A stretch of DNA of 20,209 nucleotides, taken from a candidate division WOR-3 bacterium. GTDB taxonomy: Bacteria; Hydrothermota; Tepidihabitantia; Tepidihabitantales; CAIPLT01. The notes under the pieces were generated by a model. That model was not told the origin of the DNA. It worked only from the letters and a program-made list of their open reading frames with translations, and made no database searches. Location: contig CBFGJZ010000028.1 in the NCBI GenBank assembly GCA_965649215.1, positions 1 through 20,209 on the forward strand. Reading direction: 5' to 3'. Made by a program: the position numbers and the translations under genes. Shown here one piece after another: positions 1-6,942 of the stretch. Each line of letters begins with the position of its first letter. Within the stretch, counting starts at the first letter, position 1.

Positions 1-2
1 TT

Positions 3-518
3 AAAGGTGGTGGCAAACAAGACTTCTGGGTTTATGATCCGACACTTGACAGTGCGAGATGGCGACCACTGCCAGTTGTCCCGATGGTGCCTGAAGGGAA
101 TAAGAAGTCAACGCCCAAGACGGGTGCGGCGATTGCTTATTGTGTTGGAAAAATATATTTAATGAAAGGTAATAAAACAGATGAGTTCTGGCGATATGTT
201 CCACAACCAACTGAACCTATTGTGAATAATTCGACATCATCAACAGTTACAACATTAAATAGCGATAATCATTCAACTTTGAATCTCTCAGTGAGAGTTA
301 CAACTTACGGTCGAATAATTAATTATACAATTCCGACAAACGGTTATGTTTCTATGAAACTTTATAACGCTTCAGGTAGATTAGTGAAAACAATTGTGAA
401 TGGTTATGTTAATGCAGGCGACTACACGACGCTATTATCAAATATCTCAAGCGGAGTCTATTTCCTCAAATACAATGATGCTATGAATAACGCAGAATTC
501 AAGATCATCGTGCAGTAA
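3..518 (+). CDS. 5'-truncated secreted kelch-like/beta-propeller repeat protein with C-terminal T9SS type A (Por secretion)-like sorting domain
   Basis: The frame is open from base 3, upstream of the ORF-track ATG at 84, and reads KGGGKQDFWVYDPTLDSARW...GAAIAYCVGKIYLMKGNKTDEFWRYVP, i.e. two KG-x4-FWxY repeats. A Ser/Thr-rich linker follows, then a CTD with the motifs KLYNASGRLV, SSGVYFLK and terminal KIIVQ. Stop TAA at 516-518. Confidence 0.8.
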   Translation, partial: KGGGKQDFWVYDPTLDSARWRPLPVVPMVPEGNKKSTPKTGAAIAYCVGKIYLMKGNKTDEFWRYVPQPTEPIVNNSTSSTVTTLNSDNHSTLNLSVRVTTYGRIINYTIPTNGYVSMKLYNASGRLVKTIVNGYVNAGDYTTLLSNISSGVYFLKYNDAMNNAEFKIIVQ

Positions 519-569
519 TTAGTCATATTCTGCTCTGACTCTGAAAAGAAAAGGAGCAGAATAAAACTT

Positions 570-603
570 AAAGTTGGGGGCGAGAGATTCGCCCCCAACT
601 TTT
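570..603. terminator. Rho-independent terminator, probably bidirectional
   Basis: Perfect 14-bp stem AAAGTTGGGGGCGA (570-583) / TCGCCCCCAACTTT (589-602) with a 5-nt loop. T-run on the 3' side and A-run on the 5' side. It lies between convergent genes. Confidence 0.85.
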
Positions 604-651
604 AATATTTAAATCTTTCCTGCAAGCAAAGTCGTCGTCCCGAAGGTCACA

Positions 652-831
652 TCATTGACGGTTTAATTGATTGTACATTGGGTGGTTTATAGAATAATAG
701 AATAGTTTATGGCTCAGAGAACTTATAGGGGGGACCGGGGGGTAATCCCGTGGGTTATCCGAAGGGTCCCCCAAGGGACTATCTATTAGATTGTAGATGC
801 ACTTACCTTTTGGATTGCAGATAAGATTGCC
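652..831. repeat. Degenerate 12-bp-period tandem array (~15 units) with GC-rich palindromic core
   Basis: In 12-nt register from 652, units such as TAATTGATTGTA, TATTAGATTGTA, TTTTGGATTGCA and GATAAGATTGCC share GATTG at the same offset. CCGTGGGTTATC and CAAGGGACTATC end in TATC, and CGGGGGGTAATC in AATC, in the same register. Confidence 0.55.
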
Positions 832-903
832 AACTGAACGAAGCAATGATTTGCTTTTAGATACAAAACCAATTTCAAATTATTATTAAGGATTTTTTAG
901 TAT

Positions 904-2076
904 CTATAATGATTCAGCAAGTAGTTCGGAAATGTCCTTAATCTCAAGATTTAAATTCATGGTTTTAACACTGTCGTCAAACATAATCATGCAATAAGGA
1001 CAAGCGACTGCTAATATTTCTGCCCCATTATCAACAGCTTGTTTGACTCGTAAATCAGACATTCGTTCACCTTTCTGCCAATCTAACCATAAGCCACCGC
1101 TTCCAGCACCACAACAAACGCTATCTTTACGATTGAAGTTTTCAAATTCGATGAGTTCTAATTGAGGAATGGCTTTTAGCACTTCTCGGGGTTCATCATA
1201 GATATTGTTTTGTCGGCCTAAAGTGCAAGGGTCATGATAGATAACTTTTTTATTTATTGCTTTGGTTGGGATAATTCTTTTATCTTTGATAAGTTGAGCA
1301 AAGATTTGAGAGGTATGAAAAACTTCAAGATTACTACCCAAAGCGGGATATTCATTTTTATAAGTTGTATAACAATGGGGTGAAGTGACAAGCAATTTAC
1401 GGACTTGAGCCTTATCTAACGCATTAATATTATTATGAGCAATGTCTTGAAAGACTTTTTCAGCACCGAAATTACGAATTGTTTCGCAACAACACCAGAC
1501 ATCTTCTTTTACTACACCAAACGAGAGATTGGCTTTTTGTAAAATCATCGCAGTTGCTTCAGCAACTTTTCGGATGTTAGCATCATAAGCAGGAATACAA
1601 CAAGCAAAATAAGCATACTCTAATTCTGAAGAATAAGTCGGTAGATTGAGTTTTTTTGCCCAATTGTTGCGTTTTTCTACTAAATCACCTTGCGGATTGC
1701 CCGTGGAAAAGATTTTAGTTGCAATATCTTTGAGGTTTTTGGGTAGCGAATCATAGTCAACTAAAATGCGGCGAATGGCGCGAACAATATCACCGATGTT
1801 TACACCCCGAGGACAATAAGCAAGACAATTATCACAACCAACACATCGGAAAAGTTCTTCTACTTCTTTGTCAATTTCTTCTTTTATTTCACTGGTCAGG
1901 ATATTACCTAATTTAACATTATGGGGGATAAGGTTAACTAAAAAATTGACATTTTCAATTTGAAACCAGGGACAAAGAGCAGTACACATTCCACATTGAT
2001 AACATTTATAAGCATCGGTGCCACCCAGTTCTAATATTGTATTGCGAATATCTTTGTCAATCGTTTCAATACCCAT
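904..2076 (-). CDS. Fe-S oxidoreductase, heterodisulfide reductase HdrC/HdrD-GlpC-like (N-terminal 2x[4Fe-4S] domain plus two CCG domains)
   Basis: Ferredoxin motifs CYQCGMCTALCP and CVGCDNCLAYCP. CCG-domain motifs FACC, WCCCE, SPHCY, YHDPC, VCCGAG and ACPYC. Confidence 0.9.
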   Translation of the reverse strand: MGIETIDKDIRNTILELGGTDAYKCYQCGMCTALCPWFQIENVNFLVNLIPHNVKLGNILTSEIKEEIDKEVEELFRCVGCDNCLAYCPRGVNIGDIVRAIRRILVDYDSLPKNLKDIATKIFSTGNPQGDLVEKRNNWAKKLNLPTYSSELEYAYFACCIPAYDANIRKVAEATAMILQKANLSFGVVKEDVWCCCETIRNFGAEKVFQDIAHNNINALDKAQVRKLLVTSPHCYTTYKNEYPALGSNLEVFHTSQIFAQLIKDKRIIPTKAINKKVIYHDPCTLGRQNNIYDEPREVLKAIPQLELIEFENFNRKDSVCCGAGSGGLWLDWQKGERMSDLRVKQAVDNGAEILAVACPYCMIMFDDSVKTMNLNLEIKDISELLAESL

Positions 2077-2079
2077 AAA

Positions 2080-3054
2080 TTATCCACGCATTTCTTTGAT
2101 TTTAGTGGCTAAAAGGGGCAAGATTTTTAATAAATCGCCAACTACACCATAATGAGCAACTGAGAAAATAGGTGCTTCAGGGTCTTTGTTGACAGCAATA
2201 ATTGTCTCGGAATTTTTCATTCCACTGAGATGTTGGAAAGCACCAGAGATACCCAAAGCGATATAAAGTTTTGGTTTTACTGTTTTACCTGATGAACCAA
2301 CTTGACGATCTTTAGGAAGCCAACCCGCATCAATAATCGGTCGAGTACACGCCAGAGTAGCACCAATGTCTTGAGCAAATTTTTCAATCGCTTCAAGATT
2401 TTTCTGTTCCTTAATACCACGACCAACGGCAACTAAAATATCGGCTTTAGTGATATCAATGCCCGTGGTTGGTACTTCACCATATTCGATGAATTTTGAA
2501 ATTTCTAAAATTGTCGGTTCGATTGCAAATGGCATTTTGATAATCTCGACAGAAGTATTTATTGGCTTACTGATCTTTTCAAACGAACCAGCCCGAACCG
2601 TGACTACCGCAGGTAATGATTTAGTTGTGATATCAGCATTGATTTTACCACCATACATTGCACGACGTGTTAAAATATGAGTAGGCAATAATTCTAAATC
2701 AAAAATATCTGTGACCAGTGGCAAATTTAAGGATGTTGCGAGATAAGGAGCTAAATCAGTACCAAATCCACTACTGGCAATTAAGAGCAGATTCGGTTTA
2801 GTCTCATTAATAATATTAGTGAGGATTGGTAAATAGATTTGAGTATTGAAATTTTTCAAGACTTCATTTTCAACGGTAATTATCTTATGGACATAAGGCT
2901 TGATACTATCAAGATAAGGCTGGGCATTGTCACTGAGGAGAAGAGCCGCTATTTCTTGCGGTTGATTAGTACTAAGACGATGGGCAAGGGTTAACATTTC
3001 ATAGGTTATATCTTTAATTTGACCTTCACGAATTTCAATTAATACACCAATCAT
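2080..3054 (-). CDS. etfA: Electron transfer flavoprotein alpha subunit
   Basis: FAD-binding C-terminal motifs [37 protein letters not shown] and [13 protein letters not shown]. Confidence 0.95.
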   Translation of the reverse strand: MIGVLIEIREGQIKDITYEMLTLAHRLSTNQPQEIAALLLSDNAQPYLDSIKPYVHKIITVENEVLKNFNTQIYLPILTNIINETKPNLLLIASSGFGTDLAPYLATSLNLPLVTDIFDLELLPTHILTRRAMYGGKINADITTKSLPAVVTVRAGSFEKISKPINTSVEIIKMPFAIEPTILEISKFIEYGEVPTTGIDITKADILVAVGRGIKEQKNLEAIEKFAQDIGATLACTRPIIDAGWLPKDRQVGSSGKTVKPKLYIALGISGAFQHLSGMKNSETIIAVNKDPEAPIFSVAHYGVVGDLLKILPLLATKIKEMRG

Positions 3055-3833
3055 AGCCCCGCCTTTTCTTTGATAATAGTTGCTAATTGAGTTGCGATTT
3101 CATCATCGGCACCACTTAAGAATTGTGCTTTAGCTTCAACCTTCGGCATATACATTTGCTCTAATTCGGTAAGACCAATTAATTTGCTTTGATCAAGATT
3201 TAATTTTGCGGCATCATAAACATCAAGCGGTTTAGAAGATGCACGTTTAATGCCAATGATTGATGCATAACGCGGTGTGTTGGTACCGGTTTGAATAGTT
3301 AAGAGCGCTGGCAGTGAAAGTTCTTTTCGTTCTAAAATGCCGCCTTCTAGTTCACGACTAATTTTCATACGGTTATTGTCAATGAGTTTAACTTGATTAA
3401 CATAAGCCGCAGAGGGTATTTTTAGAAAAGCAGCAATCGAGGGGCCAATTTGAGAATAGCCATCGTCTGAAGCAATACAACCTGTAAGAATGAGGTCATA
3501 TTTCTGCTGGGCAATCGCAGTGGCAAGGACTTTGGCGGTTGTGAACGCATCAATTTGTTCAAAGAGGGGATCGGTAATACGAATAGCTCGATCCGCACCT
3601 TTTGCTAACCCCATGCGTAAAATCTCATCGACTTGCGGGGTTCCTAAAGATATTAAAGTGACGGTACCACCATGTTTTTCTTTTAGTAATAAAGCGGTTT
3701 CTAATGCATAATTATCCGCTTCATTAGTAGTATAAACTAATCGTACTTTTAAAATATCTTTATTGGTACTATCAACCCGAACTTCAGTTTCTGAAGTATC
3801 AGGTACCATTTTAAGACAGACAATAATATCCAC
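3051..3833 (-). CDS. etfB: Electron transfer flavoprotein beta subunit
   Basis: Motifs IIVCLKMVPDT, NEADNYALE, GLAKGADRAI, RELEGG and NTPRYASI. GTG start preceded by the SD GGAAGGAG. 4-nt ATGA overlap with etfA. Confidence 0.95.
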   Translation of the reverse strand: MDIIVCLKMVPDTSETEVRVDSTNKDILKVRLVYTTNEADNYALETALLLKEKHGGTVTLISLGTPQVDEILRMGLAKGADRAIRITDPLFEQIDAFTTAKVLATAIAQQKYDLILTGCIASDDGYSQIGPSIAAFLKIPSAAYVNQVKLIDNNRMKISRELEGGILERKELSLPALLTIQTGTNTPRYASIIGIKRASSKPLDVYDAAKLNLDQSKLIGLTELEQMYMPKVEAKAQFLSGADDEIATQLATIIKEKAGL

Positions 3834-3880
3834 ACTTACTCCTTCCCTTTCTTATGATTAAAAAAAATTTAATAATAATT

Positions 3881-3909
3881 ATATTAACTAAATTAGTAAA
3901 AAAAATCAA
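3881..3909 (-). promoter_or_regulatory. Putative sigma70 promoter for the etfB-etfA-Fe-S operon
   Basis: On the minus strand, TTGATT (3909-3904), 17 bp, TAATAT (3886-3881). The region is very AT-rich, so a chance match is possible. Confidence 0.4.
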
Positions 3910-3922
3910 GGTATCAATTGGC

Positions 3923-3950
3923 TTGATTTATAATGATAGTTCTTTATACT
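3923..3950 (+). promoter_or_regulatory. Putative sigma70 promoter for the TPR gene
   Basis: TTGATT (3923-3928), 16 bp, TATACT (3945-3950), ending 10 nt before the ATG at 3961. Confidence 0.45.
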
Positions 3951-3960
3951 ATATTTAGAG

Positions 3961-6360
3961 ATGAATCAATATGCTCGAAGGGTAATTTGGCAGGTAGTGT
4001 TAATAGTTCTCTTTGGCTTTGAGGCGGGATTTGCAATAACTGATTTTTTCCAGCATCACAATGAAATTCAAAAGGCAAAAATTATCTCACAAGTCATACT
4101 TTCGGAAAATCCGCTCTTAGTTTTTGATTATCAACCAGCAATGCAATTAGGAATTTATTATTACTATTTACATGATTTCAGTAACGCAGAAAAATATTTT
4201 CGTAGAGCATTAATTTATGCTCAAGAATCAACGGAGGTTTTTGAAAGTTATTATTGGTTAGGTAAGAATTATCTTCAACAAAGCAAATATAATGAGGCAC
4301 TCAAAGCATTGTTAAATATTCAACAATCAAGTGCCAAAATAAGCAATGATTATCTTTATGTTTTAGGAATATCTTTATACTATAATAGCCAGTATGAAGC
4401 AGCATTAAATTGTTTGCTTAATTATGAGATGCAGCTTGGCTTGAGGAGTCGTCCTAAACAATTAAGCTTGTTTATTGCTGCAGCGGCATTAGGAAAAGAT
4501 GATTACAATTTAAGTCAAGAATATCTAACGAACAAAATTGTTAATAAAGGTGATTTTTATCCGTTAGTTGACTATATGGCCGGCTTCAATCTTTTTCTGA
4601 CTAAAAATTATAAACAAAGTATGGCTTACTTAAAAAATATTTGTACTGATAGTGTAAATCGGGATATAACTAATAAAGCAAGAGTTATATTAGCAGCAAT
4701 TTATCAAGCAAATAATGAAATAACTAAGGCAATTAATGAATATCAGACAATTATCAATAGTAGCGATCCCAATTTTATTGACTATGCTTATATTAATCTG
4801 GGTATTGCCTATTATCGATTGAAGAAGTATCAAAATGCTTTAGTTGTCTTTGACACCTTACTACAAAAAGAACCAAAGACGCAGTTCAGCGATTTGGCTC
4901 TTTTTTATAAGGCAAAAATTTTTGAACGAACCAGTCGAATCACTAAAGCTCAGAGTGAATATCGTAAGTTTATTGCACTCTATCCAAACAGCGAATTGAC
5001 TGAAAATGCAAAATATGCGTTATTAAATTTATGGTGGCATTCAGAAAATTTTATGGAAGCAAATACTTTAGGTGAGGATTTTCTTAAACGCTATCCCAAT
5101 AATCGATATCGTGAAGTGGTATTGTATAATTTAGTTAAAGGACATTATGTACTTAAAAACTATCAAAAGCTCAAAAAATACGCACAGGAGTTTATCCGAG
5201 AATTTGCGAATAGTAAATATATTTTTGATGTCTATTATTGGTTAGGAATGAGTAGTATTGAAAATAATGAATATCAGTTGGCTTTTAAATATTTACCATT
5301 AGTTAAGAATAGTAAATGGAGGCCATTCGCATTAAAAGAAATTGCTGATTTGTATCTTAACCTCGATAGTTTAGAGCAAGCACTATTTTATTACGAGCAA
5401 GCATTGACAATCAGTTCGGATAGTTTACGCGATGAAATTTATTATCAACAAGAAATTGTATTTCTGCAACAAGGAAAATATGAAAATAAATTAGCAATGA
5501 TGCGAGGTTATTTAGAAAAATATCCGCTTTCTCAAAAGGCTGCTCAAGTTCAATTTACGATTGCCGATTACTTTAAAAATAATGAAGAATATAATCAAGC
5601 AATTGTTGAGTTTGATAATGTTTATAAATATCAACCAAATCTTGAGTTGATCGCTGCAACCGAATTAGCCAAAGGTGAATGTTATCGAAAAATTAATGAT
5701 TTAGAAAATGCCAAAAATAGTTATTTAAAAATTGTTAATCTTTCTTACGAAGCCAAAGCATTAGTGCCAGCAATGTTTGCATTAGCTGTAATTTATGATA
5801 CCTTAATGCAGTATGACAGTGCCATACTCTTTTACAATAAGTTATTATCTCAGACACTAACCAAAGAAGATGCCGAATTTGTATTGATTCGATTAGCAAG
5901 AAGTTATCGGATGATGAATCGTTTCAACGAAGCAGTTAGTTTGCTCGAACGATTGATTACTAGAAATAAGTTAATATCGAACTCCACCATCTATTGGGAG
6001 CTTTTTGAAAATTATCTTAAATTAAGCAAGTTCAAATCTGCCGAGAAAACCTTAAAAAGTGTTATCGAAAAATTTGGTGAATCCGGCGAAGTATTTTATC
6101 GATGGGGAATATTGAATAAGCTTGAAAATAAAGACAACTTAGCAAAAAATAATTTTATTAAAGCAGCAAATTTGTATCTTCGAGAAAATCAAAGAGAAAT
6201 GTCAAGTCTTGCATTTTTAGAAGCAGGTAAATCTGCCCTTAGAATTAATCAAACTAATGAAGCAAAAGACTTATTTGTACAATGTTTAAATATAACGAAT
6301 GACGAACGGTTACGTATAGAATGTGAGAAACAGATAAATCAAATTAATGAACAACGATAA
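3961..6360 (+). CDS. Tetratricopeptide repeat protein (probably exported; BamD/YbgF-like TPR units)
   Basis: 799 aa. Signal-peptide-like N-terminus (basic RR, hydrophobic stretch, AGFA). Many TPR helices such as YYWLGKNY, AYINLGIAYY, FIALYPNS and FLKRYPNN. Confidence 0.85.
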   Translation: MNQYARRVIWQVVLIVLFGFEAGFAITDFFQHHNEIQKAKIISQVILSENPLLVFDYQPAMQLGIYYYYLHDFSNAEKYFRRALIYAQESTEVFESYYWLGKNYLQQSKYNEALKALLNIQQSSAKISNDYLYVLGISLYYNSQYEAALNCLLNYEMQLGLRSRPKQLSLFIAAAALGKDDYNLSQEYLTNKIVNKGDFYPLVDYMAGFNLFLTKNYKQSMAYLKNICTDSVNRDITNKARVILAAIYQANNEITKAINEYQTIINSSDPNFIDYAYINLGIAYYRLKKYQNALVVFDTLLQKEPKTQFSDLALFYKAKIFERTSRITKAQSEYRKFIALYPNSELTENAKYALLNLWWHSENFMEANTLGEDFLKRYPNNRYREVVLYNLVKGHYVLKNYQKLKKYAQEFIREFANSKYIFDVYYWLGMSSIENNEYQLAFKYLPLVKNSKWRPFALKEIADLYLNLDSLEQALFYYEQALTISSDSLRDEIYYQQEIVFLQQGKYENKLAMMRGYLEKYPLSQKAAQVQFTIADYFKNNEEYNQAIVEFDNVYKYQPNLELIAATELAKGECYRKINDLENAKNSYLKIVNLSYEAKALVPAMFALAVIYDTLMQYDSAILFYNKLLSQTLTKEDAEFVLIRLARSYRMMNRFNEAVSLLERLITRNKLISNSTIYWELFENYLKLSKFKSAEKTLKSVIEKFGESGEVFYRWGILNKLENKDNLAKNNFIKAANLYLRENQREMSSLAFLEAGKSALRINQTNEAKDLFVQCLNITNDERLRIECEKQINQINEQR

Positions 6361-6366
6361 AATCTC

Positions 6367-6395
6367 TTGACGAAGTTGTTATTTTTAATTATATT
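6367..6395 (+). promoter_or_regulatory. sigma70 promoter for the tRNA cluster
   Basis: TTGACG (6367-6372), 17 bp, TATATT (6390-6395), ending 9 nt upstream of tRNA-Thr. Confidence 0.6.
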
Positions 6396-6404
6396 ATAAT
6401 AAGT

Positions 6405-6477
6405 GCCGACATAGCTCAGTCGGAAGAGCAGTGGTTTTGTAAACCTCAGGTCGGGGGTTCGAATCCCTCTGTCGGCT
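6405..6477 (+). tRNA. tRNA-Thr(UGU)
   Basis: Acceptor stem GCCGACA/TGTCGGC, D stem GCTC/GAGC, anticodon loop TT-TGT-AA, T loop TTCGAAT. No encoded CCA. Confidence 0.95.
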
Positions 6478-6497
6478 GATTAATAATTAAAATGAAT

Positions 6498-6580
6498 GGA
6501 CAGGTACCCAAGTGGCCAACGGGGGCAGACTGTAAATCTGCTGTCATATGACTTCGGAGGTTCGAATCCTTCCCTGTCCA
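6498..6580 (+). tRNA. tRNA-Tyr(GUA)
   Basis: Acceptor stem GGACAGG/CCTGTCC, anticodon arm GCAGA-CT-GTA-AA-TCTGC, long variable arm GTCA-TA-TGAC, discriminator A. Confidence 0.95.
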
Positions 6581-6620
6581 TTTAAAATAATGATTTGAAA
6601 TTATTGCGGATAAAAAGTAT

Positions 6621-6692
6621 GCGGAGGTAGCTCAATGGTAGAGCTTCTGCCTTCCAAGCAGAAGGTTGCGGGTTCGAGTCCCGTTCTCCGCT
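6621..6692 (+). tRNA. tRNA-Gly(UCC)
   Basis: Acceptor stem GCGGAGG/TCTCCGC, anticodon arm TCTGC-CT-TCC-AA-GCAGA, discriminator U. Confidence 0.95.
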
Positions 6693-6754
6693 TTTTATAG
6701 AGAAATAAAATTATTATATATCATTTGTGGCTTTTTAGAATATTAATAAAAGTA

Positions 6755-6782
6755 TTGACAAATCTAAAATTATTTATATAAT
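6755..6782 (+). promoter_or_regulatory. Consensus sigma70 promoter for the tRNA-Thr(GGU)-tuf operon
   Basis: Exact TTGACA (6755-6760), 16 bp, TATAAT (6777-6782), with AT-rich UP-element-like sequence upstream. Confidence 0.75.
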
Positions 6783-6798
6783 TTATGATTATTATTTT

Positions 6799-6871
6799 GC
6801 CCATGTAGCTCAGTCGGCAGAGCACTTCCTTGGTAAGGAAGAGGCCGTCGGTTCGATTCCGACCGTGGGCT
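6799..6871 (+). tRNA. tRNA-Thr(GGU)
   Basis: Acceptor stem GCCCATG/CGTGGGC, anticodon arm CTTCC-TT-GGT-AA-GGAAG, T arm GTCGG-TTCGATT-CCGAC. Confidence 0.95.
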
Positions 6872-6942
6872 GGTAAAATTGAAACTTTAATTAAAATAAT
6901 GTAGAAAAAAATGAAAACAATATTTTTGTATTGGAGGCAATA

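Noticed and set aside
84..518. ORF-track start at 84 as a complete 144-aa gene
   Set aside because: The frame is open back to base 3 and contains another repeat unit, so this is the 3' end of a longer gene.
652..831. CRISPR array or DGR template/variable repeat
   Set aside because: No identical repeats with unique spacers, no paired TR/VR copy, and no cas or reverse transcriptase gene in the window.
652..846. 64-aa minus-strand ORF as a confident CDS
   Set aside because: TTG start with no SD and no recognisable family. The open frame can be a by-product of the 12-bp repeat. Kept only as a hypothesis in the findings.
904..2076. Selenocysteine recoding in the Hdr-like protein
   Set aside because: There is no in-frame TGA; all ligand positions are ordinary codons.
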